64,000 nucleotides of DNA from Rhizomicrobium sp. (GTDB lineage Bacteria; Pseudomonadota; Alphaproteobacteria; Micropepsales; Micropepsaceae), in the NCBI GenBank assembly GCA_036271735.1, contig DATAZZ010000028.1, positions 21,773 through 85,772 on the forward strand. Reading direction: 5' to 3'. Numbering within the stretch: position 1 is the first letter of the stretch; every line of letters starts with the position of its first letter. Positions 8,831-17,989 of the stretch are shown piece by piece. The translations under genes were made by a program, and so were the position numbers. Below the pieces are notes generated by a model. That model worked only from the letters and a program-made list of their open reading frames with translations, did not search any database and was not told the origin of the DNA.

Positions 8831-8985
8831 AGCGGTCTCCTGGCGGTTGGTTTGGCCGGCACGCGCACACAGTTCGGATGGTCCATTTTTACAGCAACGC
8901 TCATTTTCGAGTCAAGTAAAGGCAAGTGAAATCGTCCAGATTTCACGCAACCTACACAATATTCGAATTGCCAATACTGTTCGCG

Positions 8986-9951
8986 TCACGACGCCTTGCG
9001 CGTGCCGAGGCGCACGCCTGGGGCGGGGCGCTCACGCAGGACTTCGCGGCGGAAGCGGAAGAGTTCGGCGGGACGGCCGCGGCCGGTGACGGAGAACTTG
9101 CCGGTGCCTTCGACGAGGCCCTGGCCTTCCATCAGGCGGCGGAAATTCTGCTTGTGCAGGCGGATGCCGGAGATCGCCTCGACGGTGCGCTGCAGCTCGA
9201 GAAGTGTGAAGCCGGGCGGCATCAACTCGAACACCACGGGGCGGTATTTCATCTTGCCGCGCAGCCGCGCGATGGCGGTGGCGAGGATGCGGCGGTGGTC
9301 GAAGGTCATGGCGGCGCCCAGCGCCGGCGGCAGCCTGGGTGCGCCGGGCTCGCGGCCGTCGCGCACCGCTTCGCGCACGAGGCCGGCTTCGTAGAGAAGC
9401 TCGTAGCGTTCGAGGACTTTCTCTTCGTCCCAGGCGAGGCCGTCGAGGCCGAAGCATATTCGCGTGCGTTCGCGGCGCAGCTCGGAGCTTTCCGTGCTTG
9501 TCGCCGATTTGGCGAACTGGCGCAGCGCCGGCGCAATGACCTGGTCGATCATCGCGGGGCGCGCATCGCGCCAGTCTTCCCAGGGGAAATAACGATACCA
9601 GTCGCTCCACAGCGTATCGGGGGCTTTGAGCGCGCTCGATTGGCGGGTGAGAGCGAGATAGCCGACCGACACGACACGGGCGCCTTCGTCGGGTGTCGGA
9701 AGGTGCCGGCCGCGATCGCCGAAGGTGTAGAGCTGCTCGGCATAGCCGAGCTCGAGCAGGGTTTGCTCGCCGACCCATTTGCGCAGGCCGCTGTCGAGCG
9801 TGCGGTGCGCCAGCGGATCGAACGGGCCGAAGGGCAGGGCATCCTCGCCGCCGGCATGATGCACGACGAGAACGCTCGGCTGCTCGTCGGCGACGGAGAC
9901 GATCGCGGCCGAGAGGCCGATGCTGACGACGTGCTTGGCTTTGGCGCTCAC
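8986..9951 (-). CDS. nadQ: NadQ (NrtR-like Nudix-wHTH) NAD biosynthesis regulator
   Basis: LPFGPFDP..HRTL, GYAEQLYTFGDRGR, FDHRRILATA and LHKQNFRRL; GTG start overlaps the upstream stop (GTGA). Confidence 0.88.
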   Translation of the reverse strand: MSAKAKHVVSIGLSAAIVSVADEQPSVLVVHHAGGEDALPFGPFDPLAHRTLDSGLRKWVGEQTLLELGYAEQLYTFGDRGRHLPTPDEGARVVSVGYLALTRQSSALKAPDTLWSDWYRYFPWEDWRDARPAMIDQVIAPALRQFAKSATSTESSELRRERTRICFGLDGLAWDEEKVLERYELLYEAGLVREAVRDGREPGAPRLPPALGAAMTFDHRRILATAIARLRGKMKYRPVVFELMPPGFTLLELQRTVEAISGIRLHKQNFRRLMEGQGLVEGTGKFSVTGRGRPAELFRFRREVLRERPAPGVRLGTRKAS

Positions 9952-10466
9952 AGCCCCACCAGCGGGAATTCGACGATCTCGCCCTCGGCCACCATCTTGC
10001 CGGCGCCGATGTCCTTGATCGCGGCGATCATGCGGCCCTGGCGGCCGAGCAAATCGTCGGCATGCTCGACCAGCAGCGCGTTGGGATAGGCGTGCGCGGC
10101 GCGGGCGCGGATGGCGCGGGCGGCGACAATCTCGCTGCCCGGTCCCATGCGGTCGCACAGGATGGTATAGGTCGCCGCCATCGAGCGGCTGATGCCGGCC
10201 CAGCAATGGACGAGGATCGGATCCTCGGCCGGCCAGGCGCGGGAGAAGTCGAGGAGTTCCTGGATGTGGCGGCGGGCCGGCGGATTGTCGCCGGCCTCGA
10301 CGTCGACGATGTCGTTGACCCCAAGGCGGAGGTGGCGCTCGCGCGGGAAACCGGCCGGCGTCTCGATCATGTGCTCGGGCGAGAGCAGCGTCACCAGATG
10401 GGACGGCCGGTAGTCGCGGATGACGCCCGGGACGGCGGAAAGCGGCGTGACCAGGATTTTGGACAT
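9948..10466 (-). CDS. protein-tyrosine phosphatase-like protein
   Basis: HCWAGISRS (CX5R) motif. Confidence 0.9.
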   Translation of the reverse strand: MSKILVTPLSAVPGVIRDYRPSHLVTLLSPEHMIETPAGFPRERHLRLGVNDIVDVEAGDNPPARRHIQELLDFSRAWPAEDPILVHCWAGISRSMAATYTILCDRMGPGSEIVAARAIRARAAHAYPNALLVEHADDLLGRQGRMIAAIKDIGAGKMVAEGEIVEFPLVGL

Positions 10467-10515
10467 GCCTCTAGCTAGCGGAGGATCGTGACGGGCGGAA
10501 GGCCGTGCCCAATTT

Positions 10516-11106
10516 CTACCCTGCCAGTTTTTTGAACCTGTCCAGAAATTGGGCCTGCGCCTCCGCCGTCGCCAGCGGGACGAGGCGGGGGGTGCGCATG
10601 CTGCCGGGGGGCGGAACGACGAACAGCTTGTTGGCGACCTCGATCTCGAAGCCGGCGAGTTGGGTCGCTTCGAAGTAGGCGGCGATAAGATCGGCCTTCT
10701 TGAACAGGGTGATCAGGGTCGCCGCAGGCTGGGCCGGGAGGCCAAACCTGACGTGAATTGCGGCCTGAAGTCTGTTCTCCAAGGCCTTGTAGTTAATGCC
10801 AATTGCGACCTTGAAGGGGCTGATGAGGTCGCCGATGACGTATTCGGGGGCGTCATGCAGGAGCGCCATCAGGCGGGCCTCCCGGGCCAGGCCGGGACGC
10901 AGGTCGGCGACGATGCGCTCGACCAGGACGCAGTGCTGGGCGACCGAGAAGGCGTGCTCGCCCTCGGTCTGGCCGTTCCAGCGGGCGACGCGGGCGAGGC
11001 CGTGGGCGATATCCTCGATCTCGACGTCCAGCGGGGACGGGTCCAGCAGGTCGAGGCGGCGGCCGCTGAGCATGCGCTGCCAGGCGCGGGGCGGTTGCTT
11101 GGGCAT
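10516..11106 (-). CDS. HD-domain hydrolase (YfbR-like 5'-nucleotidase)
   Basis: RWNGQT..FSVAQH and LLHDAPEYVIGD. Confidence 0.9.
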   Translation of the reverse strand: MPKQPPRAWQRMLSGRRLDLLDPSPLDVEIEDIAHGLARVARWNGQTEGEHAFSVAQHCVLVERIVADLRPGLAREARLMALLHDAPEYVIGDLISPFKVAIGINYKALENRLQAAIHVRFGLPAQPAATLITLFKKADLIAAYFEATQLAGFEIEVANKLFVVPPPGSMRTPRLVPLATAEAQAQFLDRFKKLAG

Positions 11107-11222
11107 GGCGGGTCCTGGAATCGGGGCGGGTATTTACCCTGAAAGCCGTTCCGGGCGCGAGGCTTGCAGATTTGCCCTCCGGAACAGGCGGAGCGTGCCG
11201 AAACGGCGCGCATGGGGTTGGG

Positions 11223-13616
11223 ATGCGTGTGAAGCCCTTGGAGGCGGAGAGACTGCGGCCGGTGACCAATCCGGCGCGCCTGCCGTTCGAGACGACCGCA
11301 AGCCTGCCCGAGCCGACCGGCCCGGTGGGGCAGGACCGGGCAATGCGCGCGCTGCATTTCGGCGCCGGGATGGCACAGCCGGGTTACAACATCTTCGTGA
11401 CCGGGCCGCCGGGCAGCGGCAAACGCAATGCGGTGCAGCGGGCACTGCAAAAGCTGGCGGCCGCGATGCCGGCGCCGCCGGACATCGCCTATGTCTACAA
11501 TTTCGCGGCGGCGCATAGACCGCGCGTGCTGCGCTTCGTCGCCGGCGACGGACAGCGCTTCAGGACCGCGATGGCAGAGTTCGTCACCGGACTGAAGGCG
11601 GCGATGCCGCGGCTGTTCGAGGGCGCGGCGTATCTGGAGCGCCGGGCGGCGCTGGAGGAAGACTTCCATCGCACGGCAGAGGCGGCGTTCGAGCGGCTGC
11701 GGACGCTGGCGGAGAGCCATGGGCTGGCGCTGGTCGAGCGCGGCGAGGCGGGATTCGATTTCCGTCCGGTGCGTGACGGGCTCGCGATGGCGGACGAGGA
11801 TTATCGCGCGCTCAGCAAAACGGAGCGCGACGATCTGGCGGCGCGGACGCGCGAGTTGCGCGGTGAACTCGAGAAAACGCTCGAGCATTTGGAGAATTTG
11901 CGGCAGCGCGCGCTGGACAGTGTGAGAGCCCTGGATCGCGCGCTGGGCGAGGCGCAGTTGCGCGCGCTGGTCGCGCCGCTGGCGCGGCGCTTCGAGCAGC
12001 ATCGTGAGGCGCATGGCTATCTGAGCTGCGTCTACAACGACGCGGTGGGGCAGCTCGATGCCTTGCAGGCGGCGGCGCGCGGCGAGCCGCGGCGCGAGGG
12101 TGTCGCGTTCCATCGTTACGAAGTGAACCTGCTGGTCGATAACGCGGCCGCCGCCGGTGCGCCGGTGATGCCGTTGAGCCTGCCGTCGCTGACGCATCTG
12201 GTCGGCAAGATCGAGCATGTGCCTGTGCTGATGACCGTCGTCACCGATTTCAAGCTGATCAAGCCGGGCGCGCTGCATCTGGCCAATGGCGGCTTCCTGC
12301 TGATCGATGCGATGGATCTGATGCGCCAGGATCTGTCGTGGGAGACGCTCAAGCGCGCGCTCAAGGCGCGGCAGGTGAAGATCGAAAGCCCGGCCGACAT
12401 CCTGGGCCACAGCCAGACGGTGACGATCCAGCCGGAGCCGGTGACGCTCGACCTCAAGGTCGTGCTGTTCGGCGAGGCGTGGGTCTATCACCGGCTTTGC
12501 CAGATCGATCCGGATTTTGCGGCGCTCTTTAAGGTCCAGGCGGATTTCTCGGCGACCGCTTCGCGCGACGACGTCAATTGCGGCGCGCTGGTCGCGACGC
12601 TCGCCTCGATCGCGCGGCGCAACGGGCTCAAGCAGATGGACCCCAGTGGCGCTGCGCGGCTACTCGACGAAGCGGCGCGCGCAGCGGGCGACGCGGAGAA
12701 GATCAGCGTGCGCACGGGGCGGCTGGCCGACCTGCTGCGCGAGGGCGATCATTTCGCGGCGCTGGCGGGGCGGACGCTGGTCTCCGCGGAAGACATCACG
12801 CAGGCGGTGGCGGCGAAAGAGGATCGCTCGGGGCGGCTGAAAGCCTTGGAGCAGGAATTGGTGCAGCGGCGCATATTGTTCATCGACACCGAAGGGGCGC
12901 GGACGGGACAGATCAACGGGCTGACGGTGCTGAGCGCAGCGGGCTTCGCGTTCGGGATGCCGGCGCGGATCACGGCGCAAGTCGGGCCCGGCATCGGCCG
13001 GGTGATCGACATCGAGCGCGCCGCGAATTTCAGCGGGCCGAGCCATGCCAAGGGCGTGCAGATATTGTCGGGCTATCTGGCGGGCATCTATGCGCTGGGG
13101 CGGCCGCTGTCGATCTCGGCGAGCGTCGCGTTCGAGCAATCCTATGGTCCGGTCGATGGCGACAGTGCGTCGGCGGCGGAGCTGATCGCGATCCTGTCGG
13201 CGATTGCCGGCGTGCCGTTGCAGCAGGGCGTGGCGATCACGGGCTCGATCAACCAGCATGGGCAGATGCAGCCGATCGGGGGCGCCAACGAGAAGATCGA
13301 GGGCTTCTTCGACATCTGCGCGACGCGCGGGCTCAATGCGCGGCATGGCGTGATCATTCCGAAGGCCAATGTTGTCACGCTGATGCTGCGCGACGATGTC
13401 GTCGAGGCGGCGCGCAAGGGGCTGTTCGCGATCTATGCGGTCGATTGCGTCGACGAGGCGCTCGAGGTGCTCACCGGCATGGCGGCGGGGACGCGCAAGC
13501 GCGACGGCAGCTTTACGCGCGGCAGCTTCAATAGGCGGGTCCAGGACCGGCTGCTCGATTTTGCGAGGCCGCGGCTGCTGAGGCCGGTGCAGCTTGACGG
13601 ATGGTGGCGGTTCTAG
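11223..13616 (+). CDS. Lon-like ATP-dependent protease (LonB/LonC, YcbZ-type)
   Basis: GQDRA, Walker A GPPGSGK, PGALHLANGG, catalytic DGDSAS and IGGANEKIEGFF. Confidence 0.88.
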   Translation: MRVKPLEAERLRPVTNPARLPFETTASLPEPTGPVGQDRAMRALHFGAGMAQPGYNIFVTGPPGSGKRNAVQRALQKLAAAMPAPPDIAYVYNFAAAHRPRVLRFVAGDGQRFRTAMAEFVTGLKAAMPRLFEGAAYLERRAALEEDFHRTAEAAFERLRTLAESHGLALVERGEAGFDFRPVRDGLAMADEDYRALSKTERDDLAARTRELRGELEKTLEHLENLRQRALDSVRALDRALGEAQLRALVAPLARRFEQHREAHGYLSCVYNDAVGQLDALQAAARGEPRREGVAFHRYEVNLLVDNAAAAGAPVMPLSLPSLTHLVGKIEHVPVLMTVVTDFKLIKPGALHLANGGFLLIDAMDLMRQDLSWETLKRALKARQVKIESPADILGHSQTVTIQPEPVTLDLKVVLFGEAWVYHRLCQIDPDFAALFKVQADFSATASRDDVNCGALVATLASIARRNGLKQMDPSGAARLLDEAARAAGDAEKISVRTGRLADLLREGDHFAALAGRTLVSAEDITQAVAAKEDRSGRLKALEQELVQRRILFIDTEGARTGQINGLTVLSAAGFAFGMPARITAQVGPGIGRVIDIERAANFSGPSHAKGVQILSGYLAGIYALGRPLSISASVAFEQSYGPVDGDSASAAELIAILSAIAGVPLQQGVAITGSINQHGQMQPIGGANEKIEGFFDICATRGLNARHGVIIPKANVVTLMLRDDVVEAARKGLFAIYAVDCVDEALEVLTGMAAGTRKRDGSFTRGSFNRRVQDRLLDFARPRLLRPVQLDGWWRF

Positions 13617-13641
13617 GAACTCTCGGTATCGCTGGCGCGTT
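13616..13641 (+). promoter_or_regulatory. sigma-EcfG/SigT-type promoter of the USP gene
   Basis: GGAAC-N17-CGTT, 26 bp upstream of the ATG. Confidence 0.65.
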
Positions 13642-13667
13642 CAGCCAGTAGGGACGGGAGAGATTCC

Positions 13668-14534
13668 ATGACCATCGTGAAAATCCTGGCGCCGCTGACG
13701 GGCGGCTTGCGCGACGCGGCGGTGCTGGAGACGGCGTTCGCGGCGGCCAAGCCGTTCAAGGCGCATGTCGCGGGGCTGTTCGTGCGGCCCGATGCGACGG
13801 AGGCGGTGCCGTTCTACGGCGAAAGCGTCTCGGCTAGCGTGATGCAGGAAATCGCCGACGCGTCGAAGAAGGCGTCCGATACGGCGATCACCGCGGCGCG
13901 GGCCTCGCTGACGAGCGCTGCTGCGGCGGCGGGCGTCACGGTCCAGGATGTGCCCGAGGCGCGCGACGGGGTCGGCGCGTCGTTCCGGGAAGTCACCGGC
14001 AACTTCGCGGACCAGGTGACGCTGGCGGCACGGCTGTCGGATCTGGTGGTGTTCGGCGCGCTGAAAGAGGGCGACCGGCCGGGGCTGACCGAGGCGTTCG
14101 AGGCGACGCTGTTGGAGACGGGAAGGCCCGTGCTGCTCAGTCCGCAGGCGGCGCCGGTGCATTTTTGCCAGAAGATCGCGCTGGCCTGGAACGAGAGTGT
14201 CGCGTCGGCGCATGCGGTGACGGCGGCGCTGCCGTTTCTCAAATGCGCACAGAGCGTCGAGATACTCTGCGTGACGCGCAACAAGGACGAGCGCATCGAC
14301 AGCAGCGAGCTCAAGTCTTACCTGAAGCTGCACGGCATCGCGGCGACAGAGCGCAACATCGATGGCGGCAACCGCGCGGTCGGTGACGTGCTGCTCGAAG
14401 AGGCCGTGAAGGGTGGGGCGGGGATGCTGGCGGCGGGCGGCTATGGCCACAGCCGCCTACGCGAAATGTTCTTCAGCGGCGTGACACGCCGGGTGGTGAG
14501 CCAGATCACGCTGCCGGTGTTTCTCGTCCACTAA
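13668..14534 (+). CDS. universal stress protein (tandem USP)
   Basis: ETGRPVLL, IALAWNES and GGYGHSRLREMFFSGVTR..PVFLVH. Confidence 0.92.
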   Translation: MTIVKILAPLTGGLRDAAVLETAFAAAKPFKAHVAGLFVRPDATEAVPFYGESVSASVMQEIADASKKASDTAITAARASLTSAAAAAGVTVQDVPEARDGVGASFREVTGNFADQVTLAARLSDLVVFGALKEGDRPGLTEAFEATLLETGRPVLLSPQAAPVHFCQKIALAWNESVASAHAVTAALPFLKCAQSVEILCVTRNKDERIDSSELKSYLKLHGIAATERNIDGGNRAVGDVLLEEAVKGGAGMLAAGGYGHSRLREMFFSGVTRRVVSQITLPVFLVH

Positions 14535-15319
14535 AACAGCAGCTTCGCCGACACCAATATCAGCGTCGCGGCGAGCAGCAGGCGCAGCGCGGTGTCGGGA
14601 ATGCGCGGCGCGAAGGCGCTCGCGATCACGATGCCGGGGAGCGAACCGGTGAGCAGCGAAACCAGCGTCCACGGATTGATGCTGCCGCCCGCGAGGTGGC
14701 CAATGCCGGCGAGCAAGGTGAGCGGCACGGCGTGGGCGATGTCGGAGCCAGCGATGCGCACGATGGGCAGCTTGGGATAGAGCAGGATCAGCGCGGTGAC
14801 GCCGAGCGCGCCGGCGCCGACCGAGGAAATCGTCACCAGGACGCCGAGCGCGACGCCCGTCAGGATGGTGTAGGCGCGGGTCGCCTCGTTGCTGACGCCG
14901 GCGAAGCGGCCGGCATAGGTGCGCAGCAGCCAAGGCCGCAGGATCAGCGCGGCGGCGGTGAACATGAGCGCGACGCCGAGGACGCGGGTGATCAGGCCGC
15001 TGACCGCGGTGCTGTCGACGCCGAGATAGAAGAAGGTCAGCAGGGTTGCGAGCGAGGCGGGCAGGCTGCCGCTCGCCAGCCGTCCGACGATGCCCCAGTC
15101 GATGGTCTTGTTGAAGCCGTGGACGAAAGAGCCGCCGGTCTTGGTGATGCTGGCGTAGATCAGGTCGGTGGCGACCGCCTTTTCGGGCGAGATGCCGAAC
15201 AACAGGATCAGGAGCGGCGTCATCAGCGAGCCGCCGCCGACGCCCGTCATGCCGACAAGGAAGCCGACCACGAAACCGGACAGGACGTAGGCGTAGTTGA
15301 TGTGGTGAAGGAGACTCAT
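14531..15319 (-). CDS. TauE/SafE family sulfite exporter
   Basis: GMTGVGGGSLMTP, AVATDL and SSVGAGALG; multiple TM helices. Confidence 0.92.
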   Translation of the reverse strand: MSLLHHINYAYVLSGFVVGFLVGMTGVGGGSLMTPLLILLFGISPEKAVATDLIYASITKTGGSFVHGFNKTIDWGIVGRLASGSLPASLATLLTFFYLGVDSTAVSGLITRVLGVALMFTAAALILRPWLLRTYAGRFAGVSNEATRAYTILTGVALGVLVTISSVGAGALGVTALILLYPKLPIVRIAGSDIAHAVPLTLLAGIGHLAGGSINPWTLVSLLTGSLPGIVIASAFAPRIPDTALRLLLAATLILVSAKLLF

Positions 15320-15455
15320 CGCGGAATTTCGAAATGGGAACTGGAATTACAGGGAGTCAGATGTAGGTGGGGCTATTCTATCCGCAAGGGTAGGGATTGT
15401 CGCTTGTGGTGAAAGAAGTACAAGCAAGCGAGGGTAGAATGGCCCTCAAACTTCG

Positions 15456-15506
15456 CTGTCATCCCCGGCGAACGTTGCGAAGCGGCTTAAAGGAAGGGGA
15501 CGACAG
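15456..15506. repeat. degenerate half copy of the REP-like element at 24945-25068
   Basis: ctgtcatccccggcga..gcgaagcggct..aggaagggga aligns with the reverse complement of the right arm at ~25015-25068. Confidence 0.6.
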
Positions 15507-15518
15507 TTGAGTTTTTGC

Positions 15519-16217
15519 CTATAGCGTCGTCAAGGTCACGCTGCCGGCATCAAGACGCGAATTCAGGATGAGCTTTGTGACATCGTGAAGGCTCTCCGCC
15601 ACATGGACGCAGAGGTCAGCGATTTCCGCGGTCGGGGGAATGAGGTCGGGCACCATGATCGTCATCATCCCCGCCGCGGACGCAGAGCGGACGCCACCGT
15701 GGGAGTCCTCCAGGGCCAGACAAAGGCCGGCCGGAACGCCAAGGCGCTCGGCGGCCAGCAGATACGGGTCCGGCGCCGGTTTGGAGTTGAGATAGTCGCC
15801 ATGGCCGATGACGGCATGAAACCGATGGTTCAGATCGTGGGCCGACAAGTGATGGTGCACCGTGTCGTGGGCCGACGATGTGGCGATGCACCGCGGAAGA
15901 TCAAAGCGATCCAGCACGTCGAGCAATTCGATGACACCGGGCATTAGTCTGAGTTCGGTGGCGGACAATTCCCAAAACCGATCCGTCATCTGCCGGTAGT
16001 AGTCGTCGATAGGAAACTGCGCGCCGAGCTTTTGCAGCAACAACCCGCGACCTCGCACCCAAGGCACGCCAATCACGAGCCGGATCACATCAGCCGGAAC
16101 ATCATGTCCGCCTAATGCGGCCGCCTCGATGTATGCCTGCTGGTACAGGGCCTCGGTGTCGAATATCAGCCCGTCCATGTCGAAGATGACGGCTTGCGGC
16201 GCTCTGGGCAAAGACAT
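15519..16217 (-). CDS. HAD family phosphatase (beta-PGM/CbbY-like)
   Basis: VIFDMDGLIFDTE, IATSS, KPAPDPY and LEDS. Confidence 0.92.
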   Translation of the reverse strand: MSLPRAPQAVIFDMDGLIFDTEALYQQAYIEAAALGGHDVPADVIRLVIGVPWVRGRGLLLQKLGAQFPIDDYYRQMTDRFWELSATELRLMPGVIELLDVLDRFDLPRCIATSSAHDTVHHHLSAHDLNHRFHAVIGHGDYLNSKPAPDPYLLAAERLGVPAGLCLALEDSHGGVRSASAAGMMTIMVPDLIPPTAEIADLCVHVAESLHDVTKLILNSRLDAGSVTLTTL

Positions 16218-16336
16218 CGTTGAATGTACTGGTGCGGGCGCGGCCGCGTCCAGTATCGAGGACGCCGGACATTGTTGCAGTTTGGCGTCGAAGGCCAGGT
16301 TGCGGGCTGGATGATCCGTTGCCATATGACTCTGCG

Positions 16337-16537
16337 ATGCGAAAGATCGCCCGATGGGCCGGTATCCTTTGGATGGCAGCGGTCGCGGCCTATTCGGGTG
16401 TGATCGGGGGAATAGAGTTTATAGAAGGCACTGCGGTGATCTTCCCGGCGACGGCGGGGATCGGTGAGGCTACGCTGATGGGGTTATGCGCCTGGCCCGG
16501 CTATCTCCTGTATTGTTGGGGCGCGGAAGGGCGATAG
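16337..16537 (+). CDS. small 2-TM membrane protein, 66 aa
   Basis: MRKIARWAGILW... with two hydrophobic segments; no family recognised. Confidence 0.4.
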   Translation: MRKIARWAGILWMAAVAAYSGVIGGIEFIEGTAVIFPATAGIGEATLMGLCAWPGYLLYCWGAEGR

Positions 16538-16674
16538 ATGCCCAGACGCTCCGCCGCTGTCATCGGCAACGCCGTCATGTCACGCGGATCACGATGGGCG
16601 CGGAATGTGACACGGGCTGGCGATTGCATCAGCGGCTTCGGCGAAGCTGATACCTTGGAGTTTGGCTTGACCAA

Positions 16675-16720
16675 CCCCCTCACCCCGCCCTCTCCCCCCA
16701 ACTGGGGGGGCGAGGGAGAA
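16675..16720. repeat. REP-like hairpin (CCCTCACCCC..CCCTCTCCC...GGG.GAGGG family)
   Basis: ccctctccccccaactgggggggcgaggg stem-loop just after the fabH stop. Confidence 0.65.
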
Positions 16721-16728
16721 AAGGGGTG

Positions 16729-17859
16729 TTATAGCTTCTTCAGGATCACGCTGCCCGCCGAATAGCCGGCGCCGAAGGAGCAGAGGAGGCCGATGTCGCC
16801 GGGTTTGAGGTCGTTGCTGAATTTGTGGAAGGCGATGACCGAGCCGGCGGAGCTGGTGTTGGCGTATTCGTGCAGGATGTTGGGCGCCTCGCCGGGCACC
16901 GGATCGCGGCCCAGCACCTTGCGCGCGATCATGTCGTTCATGCCGAGATTGGCCTGGTGCAGCCACAACCTCTTGAGCGCCGCCGGCGCGATGCCGTTCT
17001 CACCCAGATGGCCGAGGATCAGCTCGGCGACCATCGGCACGACCTCCTTGAACACCTTGCGGCCTTCCTGGACGAAAAGCTTGTCGGCCGTGCCGACGCT
17101 CTCGGGCGCGGTGCGGTTCAGGAAGCCGAAATTGTTGCGGATGTTGTTGGAGAACTTGGTCTTGAGCTTGGTCGCGACGATCTCCCACGCATTGTGGCCG
17201 ACCGCCGTCTCGGCGCGCTCCACGACAAAGGCGGTGGCGACGTCGCCGAAGATGAAGTGGCTGTCGCGGTCGCGGAAGTTGAGATGGCCGGTGCAGATCT
17301 CCGGATTGCACACCAGGATCGCGCGGGCATGGCCGTTCGCGACCATGTCGGCGGCGGTCTGCAGCGCGAAGGTCGCCGACGAGCACGCGACATTCATGTC
17401 GAAGCCGAAGCCTTCGATGCCGAGGGCGTCCTGCACTTCCACCGCCATGGCGGGGTAGGCGCGCTGCAGGTTCGAGGCGCCGACGAGGACGCCGTCGATG
17501 TCGGCGGCGGAGCGGTCGGCGGCCTTCATCGCGTCGCGTGCGGCGCTGACCGCCATCTCGGCGAGGATGGAAATCTGGTCGTTCGGGCGCTCGGGCAGGC
17601 GCGGGCACATGATCTCGGGATCGAGGATGCCGGCCTTGTCGACGACGTAGCGCGCCTTGATGCCGGACGCCTTGAGGATGAACTCGGCGGAGGATTCGAC
17701 CAGCGCCGTCTTGGCTCCGGCGGCGATGGCGTCTGCATTTGCCGCGTTGGAATTGCGGACATAGGCGTTGAACGCCTTCACCAGCTCTTCGTTCGAGATG
17801 GACTGGGCCGGCGTGTAGAGGCCGGTTCCGCTCACGGCTAGCGCTGTCACGCGTGCCAC
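16729..17859 (-). CDS. fabH: beta-ketoacyl-ACP synthase III
   Basis: NVACSS, FGD, HQAN and ANTSSA catalytic motifs. Confidence 0.93.
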   Translation of the reverse strand: MARVTALAVSGTGLYTPAQSISNEELVKAFNAYVRNSNAANADAIAAGAKTALVESSAEFILKASGIKARYVVDKAGILDPEIMCPRLPERPNDQISILAEMAVSAARDAMKAADRSAADIDGVLVGASNLQRAYPAMAVEVQDALGIEGFGFDMNVACSSATFALQTAADMVANGHARAILVCNPEICTGHLNFRDRDSHFIFGDVATAFVVERAETAVGHNAWEIVATKLKTKFSNNIRNNFGFLNRTAPESVGTADKLFVQEGRKVFKEVVPMVAELILGHLGENGIAPAALKRLWLHQANLGMNDMIARKVLGRDPVPGEAPNILHEYANTSSAGSVIAFHKFSNDLKPGDIGLLCSFGAGYSAGSVILKKL

Positions 17860-17989
17860 CCCTGGCTGTTTGCAGGCGGGAGGCTGGCGTACCGACCGTA
17901 CAAAGGCAAGGCAGGCAATTCGTCAAGCGATAAACCGGCCATTCAGACATTCGCCTTACATTCCAGGCGCCTGTGTATTGGGGTTTTGT

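Noticed and set aside
2600-8950. Prophage or integrative element
   Set aside because: No integrase, terminase, capsid, tRNA or att-like repeats were seen.
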